The position numbers were made by a program, and so were the translations under genes. A DNA stretch of 64,000 nt from Candidatus Methylomirabilota bacterium (GTDB lineage: Bacteria > Verrucomicrobiota > Verrucomicrobiia > Limisphaerales > SXQI01), in the NCBI GenBank assembly GCA_035627835.1, contig DASPKX010000172.1:26949-90948 (forward strand), written 5' to 3'. Positions 52,442 through 60,032 of this stretch are shown piece by piece; within the stretch, counting starts at the first letter, position 1; each line of letters begins with the position of its first letter. The notes below the pieces were generated by a model, which saw nothing but the letters and a program-made list of their open reading frames with translations, ran no database searches and was not told the origin of the DNA.

Positions 52442-53365
52442 ATGATCAGACCGACTCCCCCTGACAAAAAGCAACCTCCTCCATCGTTGAAGGCGAGACA
52501 TCATCGCCCCGGGGGATTCCGCGGCCGCCATGCGGCAGAAATTTCGGATCTCAAAAGCAAGGTGAGGCAGGAGTCCGCCGCGCGGCGGAAAACAGAGACG
52601 AAGCTCAAAAGGAGCGAGCGGTTTCACGCAGCATCCCTGAAAGAGTCGGCACGCTTGCAGGAGCAACTGCGCCGCCTGTCCCACCAAATATTGTTCGCTC
52701 AGGAAGAGGAGCGGAAGAGGATCAGCCGGGAGTTGCACGATGAAGTAACCGGCACATTGACGGGAATAAAGCTTGAGCTGAACGCCCTGGAAGCGAAGGC
52801 AGCCGGCAACCAGGATGTGAAGGAGAAGATCGCGCGCACTCAGCAGCGTGTGCAGGAAGCGGTTGAGACCATCCACCGTTTTGCGCGAGAGCTGCGGCCC
52901 GCAACATTAGATGACCTGGGGCTGATCCCAGCGCTCCATTCCTTCTGCAAAGCTCTTTCCAAAGAGACGGGCCTCCAGATTCAGCTGAGCGCTTTTCGCG
53001 CGGTCGAGGAGCTGGACGATGCCCGTAAAACAGCCCTTTATCGCATAACCCAGGAGGCGCTTGGCAACGTGGCGAAACACGCGCAAGCAGCGAAGGTGAG
53101 CGTGACGCTCTCGCACCAGGGGGCGGAGGTGAGGCTAAGCATTGAGGATGATGGCAAAGGTTTTCAACCTGCCCGCCATTTGGGAACCAAGACGCCGCGC
53201 CGGCTCGGCCTGCTGGGGATGCGCGAGCGCGCTGAAATGGTGGGAGGATCCTTCACGGTCACGTCTGCTCCAGGGAGTGGCACATCCATTGTCACGGTCA
53301 TCCCTAGCGGGCGCGTTCGTCCAAAAAATGCAGACGAGGCAATGCCGCGAGGCAACGGGCAGTGA
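52442..53365 (+). CDS. Cytoplasmic sensor histidine kinase (HisKA_3 + HATPase_c, NarL-partner type) without TM or recognisable sensor domain
   Basis: The H-box is EEERKRISRELHDEVTGTL. The ATPase motifs are EALGNVAKHA, DDGKGF, LGLLGMRERAEMVGG and APGSGTSI. Only ~90 aa of charged/coiled-coil sequence precede the H-box. Confidence 0.85.
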   Translation: MIRPTPPDKKQPPPSLKARHHRPGGFRGRHAAEISDLKSKVRQESAARRKTETKLKRSERFHAASLKESARLQEQLRRLSHQILFAQEEERKRISRELHDEVTGTLTGIKLELNALEAKAAGNQDVKEKIARTQQRVQEAVETIHRFARELRPATLDDLGLIPALHSFCKALSKETGLQIQLSAFRAVEELDDARKTALYRITQEALGNVAKHAQAAKVSVTLSHQGAEVRLSIEDDGKGFQPARHLGTKTPRRLGLLGMRERAEMVGGSFTVTSAPGSGTSIVTVIPSGRVRPKNADEAMPRGNGQ

Positions 53366-54015
53366 TAACACCAGTGACGATTCTTCTGGTCGAGGATCAT
53401 GAAGTGGTGCGTGAGGGGCTGCGTCGATTGTTGGAGGAGGAAGAAGGCTTTCAGCTCATCGGTGAAGCGGCGAATGGACGCGCAGCCGTTAAATTGGCAG
53501 GGAAGCTCCGGCCGAGGGTTGTCGTGATGGATCTGGCCATGCCGCTGCTGAACGGGTTGGAAGCCACCCGGCAGATTCTGAAAATCGCGCCGGAAACGAA
53601 GGTGATCATTCTCTCCGCCTATGACGATGCCGCATACATTGACGCTGTAGAGGCAGCCGGGGCTGCGGGGTACCTGGTGAAGCAGAGGGCGTTCAAGATC
53701 CTGGCCAACGCCATTCGGGCAATAATGTCCGGCGTGACGTTCTTTTGCCCACACACGACCAAGGAGAAGCGAGGCGCTGCTGTGCGCGAAGCAGCGCCGT
53801 TGCTAACGTCCCGGGAAACAGAAGTTCTGCAGCTCATCGCTGAAGGCCACATGAACAAGGAAATCGCGAGTGAGCTTGGGATCAGCATCAAGACGGTGGA
53901 GAAACACCGGCAGGCGCTTATGAACAAATTGGACATCCATGAGTCCGCAGGTTTAACCCGCTACGCGATTAACACCGGAATCATCGAAAGCAGCGTCCGG
54001 CTGAATATTGTGTAG
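53362..54015 (+). CDS. NarL/FixJ-family response regulator (receiver + LuxR-type HTH)
   Basis: Motifs ILLVEDHEVVREGL, VVVMDLAMPLLNG and LTSRETEVLQLIAEGHMNKEIASELGISIKTVEKHR. The GTG start overlaps the kinase stop (GTGA). Confidence 0.9.
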   Translation: MITPVTILLVEDHEVVREGLRRLLEEEEGFQLIGEAANGRAAVKLAGKLRPRVVVMDLAMPLLNGLEATRQILKIAPETKVIILSAYDDAAYIDAVEAAGAAGYLVKQRAFKILANAIRAIMSGVTFFCPHTTKEKRGAAVREAAPLLTSRETEVLQLIAEGHMNKEIASELGISIKTVEKHRQALMNKLDIHESAGLTRYAINTGIIESSVRLNIV

Positions 54016-54103
54016 AGCTTCGCAGATTACATAATGCCTCGGACAATTCGACGTTGCTGGACATGACGCGGAGGGGGAGGTAAAGTTTTCGTCCACTCGA
54101 GGC

Positions 54104-54193
54104 GGAAGGGTGGCTGAGTGGTTTAAGGCACCTGACTCGAAATCAGGCGTAGTCGAAAGGCTATCGTGAGTTCGAATCTCACCCCTTCCGCCA
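54104..54193 (+). tRNA. tRNA-Ser (anticodon CGA), type II, CCA encoded
   Basis: GGAAGGG-TG-GCTGAGTGGTTTAAGGCA-CCTGA-CTCGAAA-TCAGG-CGTAGTCGAAAGGCTATC-GTGAG-TTCGAAT-CTCAC-CCCTTCC-G-CCA. All stems pair. Confidence 0.95.
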
Positions 54194-54244
54194 ACTCCTT
54201 TTCTTCCTCCCTCCCCGCTTTAGTGGCACTCAAGACAGAAGGGC

Positions 54245-54278
54245 CACAAAAGAGCACAAAGATCACAAACTAAAAAAA
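54245..54278 (+). repeat. Triple CACAAA phased repeat plus A-run (same design as a GCAGATT arm, different unit)
   Basis: CACAAAagag CACAAAgat CACAAActAAAAAAA, with units at 54245, 54255 and 54264. It is preceded by purine-rich caagacagaaggg and lies 50 nt downstream of tRNA-Ser. Confidence 0.5.
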
Positions 54279-54391
54279 CCCGGGAGGGGGACATTGGCAG
54301 CCGAAAGGAGGGCTCCCGATCAAGAAGAGAGCCAGCGGCTGGATGCGGCGTTCTTGCACCGGGCGGACGCTCTCCTTATGCTGCGGTCCGC

Positions 54392-54652
54392 ATGGCTTTC
54401 GAAGTGGATATGCGTGTGATTGTTCAGCATTGCGACTCGAAGCTTTATTACGCGGGGCCCAACAACTGGGCGGCGGAGGCCTCGAAGGCCATGGATTTCG
54501 TGAACTCGCAGCGCGCGGCGCAGTTCATCGGGCAAAGCCAAATGCCGGATGTGCAAATCCTGCTGCACACGCCAGAAGAGAGCCGCGAGGTGCTGATCAA
54601 GCAGTTCCGCCGCAAACCGCCTCGGGCTAAAAACCGCAGGCAAACCGCTTAA
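54392..54652 (+). CDS. Small hypothetical protein (86 aa)
   Basis: This is the only sizeable ORF in the 500-bp tRNA-to-lptF/G gap. Its composition is non-repetitive (MAFEVDMRVIVQHCDSKLYYAGPNNWAAEASKAMDFVNSQRAAQFIG...). I saw no motif and no clear RBS, and an antisense ORF of similar length exists. Confidence 0.35.
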   Translation: MAFEVDMRVIVQHCDSKLYYAGPNNWAAEASKAMDFVNSQRAAQFIGQSQMPDVQILLHTPEESREVLIKQFRRKPPRAKNRRQTA

Positions 54653-54697
54653 GATTCATTCTTTCCGGCTGCGGGGCCATGACCTACGTTGGCGGCG

Positions 54698-55801
54698 ATG
54701 CGCCGATTGGATCGGTATTTACTTCGTGAGCTGTGCATTCCGCTGGGTTATTGCCTGGGCGGGTTCCTCGTTTTTTGGCTCTCATTCGACCTCTTTGACC
54801 AGCTTGGCAAACTCCAGGAACAACGCCGGACGTTGGGTGAAATCGCGCAGATTTACCTCTACAAGCTGCCTGAACTGATCGCGTTCATCATACCGATCGC
54901 TCTCCTGCTGGCCATGCTCTATGGTTTGAGCAACCACGCCCGGCATAACGAGATTGTGGCCATGCGCAACGCGGGGCTCAGCATCTGGCGCATCACCTTG
55001 CCATATGTGGCGGTGGGGCTGGTCTTCAGCGGGGTCGTGTTCTGGTTAAATGAATGGGCAGCCCCCATCGCCGCGGAGCGAAACGAGGCGATCACCGCGA
55101 GCGCTGGCAGCAGCACGAACGCAGGCTGGCGCAAGCAGGTGCATTTTCAATACGCGCAGGAGGGGCGTTATTGGACAATCCAGGCTTTCAATCTGGGCAC
55201 CGGTGAGATGCAGGGCCCCCAAGTCGATTGGAAGAGCGCGGATGGGGCGCGTCATCGGCTCTTTGCGCAACGCGCGCTTTACCGCAACGGCCATTGGGTC
55301 TTTGAGCATGTGCAAAAGCTGGAATATCCTCCAGGAGAGGAGTTCAACGTGGCGGCGTCACGCACCAATCTGTTCATCTCCCCTTTTGCGGAAAGCCCGC
55401 AAGCTATCGAGACGCAGTTGAAATTCGCCGACCTCAGCGCGGTCAAAGCAGCGAAACGCGCGCACTTTTCTTTGGGTGAACTGAAGCACTTGCGCAGCGC
55501 GCGGAACTTGAAGCCGCACGAACGGACGATTCTCGACACGCAATTCCACGCGCGACTGGCGGGTCCATGGACTTGCCTGGTGGTGGCGCTGGTGGCCATG
55601 CCGATCGCCTCCACGTCGAACAGGCGCAATGCAATGGTCGGAGTGGCCAGCAGCATCGGGATCTGCTTTCTGTATTTCATCCTGATGCGCTTTGGGTTGG
55701 CCTTAAGCACGAGCGGGGTGCTGCCACCCTGGGTGGGGCCGTGGGCGCCAAATCTGATTTTTGGCCTCGGGGGGCTTTCGTTAACGGCAGCGGCGCGATG
55801 A
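54698..55801 (+). CDS. LptF/LptG-family (YjgP/YjgQ) permease
   Basis: The family N-terminus is MRRLDRYLLRELCIPLGYCLGGFLVFWLSFDLF. The layout is 3 TM helices, a periplasmic beta-jellyroll region, then 3 TM helices. Confidence 0.85.
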   Translation: MRRLDRYLLRELCIPLGYCLGGFLVFWLSFDLFDQLGKLQEQRRTLGEIAQIYLYKLPELIAFIIPIALLLAMLYGLSNHARHNEIVAMRNAGLSIWRITLPYVAVGLVFSGVVFWLNEWAAPIAAERNEAITASAGSSTNAGWRKQVHFQYAQEGRYWTIQAFNLGTGEMQGPQVDWKSADGARHRLFAQRALYRNGHWVFEHVQKLEYPPGEEFNVAASRTNLFISPFAESPQAIETQLKFADLSAVKAAKRAHFSLGELKHLRSARNLKPHERTILDTQFHARLAGPWTCLVVALVAMPIASTSNRRNAMVGVASSIGICFLYFILMRFGLALSTSGVLPPWVGPWAPNLIFGLGGLSLTAAAR

Positions 55802-57552
55802 GCGAGAAGGCCGATCCAGAAGCCAGCAAGCCGAGCGATGTTGAACGCCGGCTCGCGCGCCTCGAGTTGCTTTATCACGTCAGCAACGTGGTTCACTCCA
55901 CACTGGAGCCGACAGAAGCGTTTGAGTTGATGCTGCGCGAGGCGCGCCGGCTTCTCCATGCGAGCAGCGGGTCGATCGTATTGCTCAATCCCACCACCGG
56001 ATTTCTCGAAATCGAAGCTTCCCATGGGCTTTCCGAAGAAGGACAGCGACTGAAGCTTCGCCTTGGCGAAGGGATCACCGGGTGGGTGGCGAAGCACGGG
56101 AAGCCCGCCCGTGTGGGTGATGTGCAGCAGGATCCGCGATACGTTCCCGCGCGGGATAATGTCCGGTCGGAACTGGCCGTTCCGCTGGAGGTGAACGGCG
56201 AGTTGCGCGGCGCGATTAATGTCGATTCCGAGGAGCCAAACGCCTTTAGCGCCGACGATGAGCAATTGCTCCGGGATCTCGCGCAACTGGCCGCAACGGT
56301 CGTGCGCAACACCTGGCTCTATGACCAGGTGCGCCATAAAGCCAAGCTGCTCGAAGCGTTGGTGAGCGTCAGCCAGAGCATCAGCTCGGCCCTGAACCTG
56401 GATGAGGCCTTGCAGGCGATCACGCGCGAAGCCTGTGGGCTGATGGGCGGCAAAATGGCTTCCGTTCTCCTGCTGGATAAAACTCAGGAGCACTTAATTC
56501 TGCGCGCGAGCCATGGGGCCGGTGAGGTTTACATTGCTAAACCAGACCTGCTGGTGGCGGACTCTTTAGTGGGCACGGTAGTGCGGCGGAAAAAGCCTAT
56601 CCAGGTGCAGAACGTGCAAATCTCCAGCCGTTATCAGAGTGTGGAGATTGCGCGGCAGGAGGGTTTGGTCTCCCTGTTGAGCGTGCCATTGATGTTCAGG
56701 GAACAACCCCTCGGCGCTTTGTGCGTTTACACTGGCGAGATGCACAGCTTCTCGAACGAGGAGGTGCGGATTCTCTCAGCCCTCGCGGAACTCTCAGGCA
56801 TTGCGATTGAGAAAGCCCGTTTGCACGACCAGATCCTTCATGTGGAAGAGCAGCTGCGCCAAAGCGAGAAGCTCTCAGCGGTCGGATTGCTGGCGGCGGA
56901 AATCGCTCACGAGATTCGCAATCCGCTCACGGTGATGAAGATGCTTTATCACTCCTTGAACCTGCGCTTTGCGGAGAGCGATCCGCGTGCGCGCGACGCG
57001 CGGATGATCGCGGAAAAGATGGATCACTTGAACAAGATCGTCGATCAAGCGCTCGCGCTCGCGCGCAATGCCGATCCTGATTTCCGCGACGTGCAGGTGG
57101 TGCAATTGCTGGAGGAGCTTGGGTTGCTCCTGCGCCACAAGCTGCGCCAACAATCCATCTCGCTGACGGTGGACTTTGAAATGGACCTCCCGCTGGTGAG
57201 GGCCGATGCGGGTCAATTGAGCCAGGCTTTCCTGAATGTCGCTCTTAACGCCATTGAAGCGATGCCAGAAGGAGGAGCGCTGACGCTGCGCACATTCCGC
57301 AAGGTCGTGGAAGGAGATTGGGTCGTTGTGGAGATTCAGGATAGCGGGCACGGCATGAGCGCCGAGCAGCGCGAGCGGGTCTTTTCATCGCTTCTCTCCA
57401 CGACGAAAAAATCGGGCACCGGTTTAGGCCTGGCGATTGTGCAGAGGATCGCGGAGACCCATCGGGGCAGGTTGGAAGTGCGTTCCGAGCAAAGCAAGGG
57501 CACGACCATTGGCATCATTTTGCCTGCGCTTTCCCCCGAAGAATCGAAGTAG
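55798..57552 (+). CDS. Cytoplasmic GAF-GAF sensor histidine kinase (HisKA + HATPase_c)
   Basis: The start is at ATG 55798, overlapping the upstream stop as ATGA. Two GAF-like domains are present (GSIVLLNPTTGFLEI...GEGITGWVAKHGKPARVGDV; ASVLLLDKTQEHLILRA...SLLSVPLMF). The H-box is AAEIAHEIRNPL. The ATPase motifs are NVALNAIEAM, DSGHGM and GTGLGLAIVQRI. Confidence 0.9.
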   Translation: MSEKADPEASKPSDVERRLARLELLYHVSNVVHSTLEPTEAFELMLREARRLLHASSGSIVLLNPTTGFLEIEASHGLSEEGQRLKLRLGEGITGWVAKHGKPARVGDVQQDPRYVPARDNVRSELAVPLEVNGELRGAINVDSEEPNAFSADDEQLLRDLAQLAATVVRNTWLYDQVRHKAKLLEALVSVSQSISSALNLDEALQAITREACGLMGGKMASVLLLDKTQEHLILRASHGAGEVYIAKPDLLVADSLVGTVVRRKKPIQVQNVQISSRYQSVEIARQEGLVSLLSVPLMFREQPLGALCVYTGEMHSFSNEEVRILSALAELSGIAIEKARLHDQILHVEEQLRQSEKLSAVGLLAAEIAHEIRNPLTVMKMLYHSLNLRFAESDPRARDARMIAEKMDHLNKIVDQALALARNADPDFRDVQVVQLLEELGLLLRHKLRQQSISLTVDFEMDLPLVRADAGQLSQAFLNVALNAIEAMPEGGALTLRTFRKVVEGDWVVVEIQDSGHGMSAEQRERVFSSLLSTTKKSGTGLGLAIVQRIAETHRGRLEVRSEQSKGTTIGIILPALSPEESK

Positions 57553-57603
57553 GACTCACCCCGCTTGGCGAGCGCTCCGACAGGCGCTACCAATCGATCG
57601 GGT

Positions 57604-58107
57604 ATGTGGATGACTCTCTCTGACGATCTCGAGATTCTCGGGCAAGCATTGGTCGCGCTGGTTCTCGGCGGCATTATAGGTTTCGAGCGAGAACGAGCGG
57701 GGAAGGCCGCGGGCATTCGCACTCACATGCTGATATGCATCAGCACCACTTTATTCGTGCGCACCGGCGAAATCCTGATGGCATGGCGAATGAAGAACAC
57801 AGGGATGGACGTCATCAACAGCGATCCCGTGCGCATTCTGGAAGCTATTGTCACAGGCATCGCTTTCATTGGGGCGGGGACTGTTTTTCGCGACCGCGCG
57901 CGCAACGCCTCCTACGGCCTCACCACGGCGGCATCAATGTTATGCGTGGTGCCGATTGGCGCCTCGGTGGCGGTTCATCGTTATGCACTGGCCATCGGCA
58001 TCATGGTCATCGCCTGGATCGTGCTCCGCGTCTTCGGGCAAATGGAGCACAAGCTCGGCTTGTCCAAGCAACCGCCGCAGGTCGTGGAAGAGAACGCTGA
58101 CCGTTGA
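57604..58107 (+). CDS. mgtC: MgtC/SapB family membrane protein
   Basis: ALVALVLGGIIGFERERAGKAAGIRTHMLI is the family signature, followed by further TM helices. Confidence 0.85.
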   Translation: MWMTLSDDLEILGQALVALVLGGIIGFERERAGKAAGIRTHMLICISTTLFVRTGEILMAWRMKNTGMDVINSDPVRILEAIVTGIAFIGAGTVFRDRARNASYGLTTAASMLCVVPIGASVAVHRYALAIGIMVIAWIVLRVFGQMEHKLGLSKQPPQVVEENADR

Positions 58108-58110
58108 CGG

Positions 58111-59358
58111 TTAGCGGCTGATCGCGAACAGGTGCTTCTCGCCGCGAATGAAGATCATTCCACTGGAAACAGCGATCGATGCCTGGCAGCGCTCGCCAAT
58201 GGAGTTGCGCGCAAGGAGCTTGAACTCAGGCGCGGCGGCAATCACAGCGCTCTCACCTTCTTCGGACAGGAAGTAAATTCTGCCTTCCGCCAGGACGGGT
58301 GAAGCGGAGTGGTTCCCACCGATGCGCTCCTGCCAAACGATTTCCCCAGTGTCCCCTTTCAAGCATTGGGCCACACCGCCCTCCGTAATGCTGTAAAGGT
58401 GCGGGTCGGCGTAAACGAAGGATGGCATGGAGGGGACGGCTTTGCGCTGTTCCCAGGCGATATGAGTTTGGGTTACATCGCCGCTGCCGCCCGCCTTAAT
58501 GGCGCGGATGGTCGACTTTTCGAAACCAGACGCTGTGTAGATGAGATTGCTGCTGGCCACTGGAGATGGAACCACACCCTCCCCCTGGCTGAAGGCCGAC
58601 CAGATCCGATTGCCCGTTCGGGGGTCAAACGCCTGAACCACATCCCCGGCGGCGCTGATAATCTGCCAGACCTCTTTGGACTTAAAGAGAATTGGGCTGA
58701 CATGAGCAATCCGCGACATGCCGCGCGAGGCCTTCCACCGCTGAGTGCCCGTCTTAAGGTCAAGAGCGAGGACGAAGGATTGGTCCCACGGTTTTTGCCA
58801 CCCAACTCTCTTATCCTCACCCTGGCTGCTGCCGTCGTAGGGCATGATGAGCAGGTCATTCCAAAGCATGGGCGAGGCGCCAAGGCCATGTTGGCTATAG
58901 AACTTCACGTCGCGATTGGTCCATCGGACCTTGCCGCTGAAATCCAATGCGACCACGCTCCCATCGCCGAAAACCGCAAAGACGCTCTCTCCGTCGGTCG
59001 CTGGTGTGGGGGTGGCATAGGAGTTTTTTCCCTCCTTCCGGAGCGGCACCTGCTCGAACACCTCTTTATCCCAGATGATTTTGCCCGAAGGCCTGTCGAT
59101 GCAAATGACGTGGCATTTGGTTCCCCCGTCTGTCGCGCTCGTGACAAAGATGTGGTCCCCCCAGACGACAGGCGAAGACCACCCTTGGCCCGGAATAGCT
59201 GTTTTCCATTTGATGGCGTTGGTGGGGCTCCAATGGAGCGGGACGCTCATCTCCGTCGAAATGCCCTGCCGGGTGGGCCCCCTGAACGAGGGCCAATTCT
59301 CCGCAAACATTGGGACTGCGCAGAGTAAGGCAATGACAAAGGAGAACAGCTTGGCCAT
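58111..59358 (-). CDS. Secreted PQQ-like (BamB-like) beta-propeller repeat protein
   Basis: The ATG at 59358 gives the signal peptide MAKLFSFVIALLCAVPMFAENWPSFRGP. W-containing propeller blades repeat (IKWKTAIPGQGWSSPVVWGDHIF, VRWTN, QRWKA, NRIWSA, IVWQERIGG). Confidence 0.85.
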   Translation of the reverse strand: MAKLFSFVIALLCAVPMFAENWPSFRGPTRQGISTEMSVPLHWSPTNAIKWKTAIPGQGWSSPVVWGDHIFVTSATDGGTKCHVICIDRPSGKIIWDKEVFEQVPLRKEGKNSYATPTPATDGESVFAVFGDGSVVALDFSGKVRWTNRDVKFYSQHGLGASPMLWNDLLIMPYDGSSQGEDKRVGWQKPWDQSFVLALDLKTGTQRWKASRGMSRIAHVSPILFKSKEVWQIISAAGDVVQAFDPRTGNRIWSAFSQGEGVVPSPVASSNLIYTASGFEKSTIRAIKAGGSGDVTQTHIAWEQRKAVPSMPSFVYADPHLYSITEGGVAQCLKGDTGEIVWQERIGGNHSASPVLAEGRIYFLSEEGESAVIAAAPEFKLLARNSIGERCQASIAVSSGMIFIRGEKHLFAISR

Positions 59359-59494
59359 GGCACCGTTGTTCCTCGAAACGCCCGCCAAGTCAACCCGACT
59401 CATGAGCGGAAGGCCTTATTGGTGAGTGGCGCCAGAGGAAATCAGGTTTGACTTGAGCGCTGTAACTTCGATAATGGGTAACACCGAAGGACCT

Positions 59495-60016
59495 ATGGCT
59501 AAACTTGTTGTACTCAGCGAAGGACACGGCGGGCGGACTCAGGAGATTGTCGCGGACAAGCCCACCACCGTCGGCCGTTTGGAGGACAACACTTTTCATT
59601 TGGCCGAAGGCTCCATCTCAAGCCATCATGCTGAGATTTTTCTGCGGGGCAGCGACGTTGTCGTTAAGGACCTTAACTCCACCAACGGCACTTACATCAA
59701 CGGTGAGAAAATCACTGAGGGTGTGCTAAAGCCCGGGCAAATTCTCCGGCTCGGATCGATTGAACTCAAACTGGACGGGCCAGCTCCCGCTGCCTCCGCT
59801 TCCACTCCGACCAAAGCGAAAACGCGCGTGATTCCGGGCGTTCAGGCGAAAGAATTTGAATCCGGTGGCCGGGACGTGAAGTTCGACAAGAACAACGCGT
59901 TCGGCAAGAAGCGCAACAAGATCAACACGATCTTCATCGTGGTCGGCGCGGTGCTCGGCCTGATTATCATCGGCTTCCTCGTGTTCACATTCATGAACAT
60001 GCGAAGCGGCTCCTAA
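59495..60016 (+). CDS. FHA-domain protein with C-terminal TM anchor
   Basis: The RBS gaagga lies 4 nt upstream of ATG 59495. The FHA core is TVGRLEDNTFHLAEGSISSHHAEIFLRGSDVVVKDLNSTNGTYINGEKI. The C-terminal helix is IFIVVGAVLGLIIIGFLVFTF. Confidence 0.8.
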   Translation: MAKLVVLSEGHGGRTQEIVADKPTTVGRLEDNTFHLAEGSISSHHAEIFLRGSDVVVKDLNSTNGTYINGEKITEGVLKPGQILRLGSIELKLDGPAPAASASTPTKAKTRVIPGVQAKEFESGGRDVKFDKNNAFGKKRNKINTIFIVVGAVLGLIIIGFLVFTFMNMRSGS

Positions 60017-60032
60017 GCGCATTAGTCCGCCG

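Noticed and set aside
47418-54193. Genomic island bounded by tRNA-Leu and tRNA-Ser (ridA, CAP, DUF6428, Kef, DUF3494, two-component system)
   Set aside because: I could see no integrase, recombinase or phage genes, no direct repeat of either tRNA 3' end, and no obvious compositional break. The two tRNAs are on opposite strands. I treat this as ordinary chromosome.
55279-56493. 404-aa minus-strand ORF
   Set aside because: It is antisense to the LptF/G permease and the GAF kinase, both of which have strong family motifs. Its composition is shadow-ORF-like.
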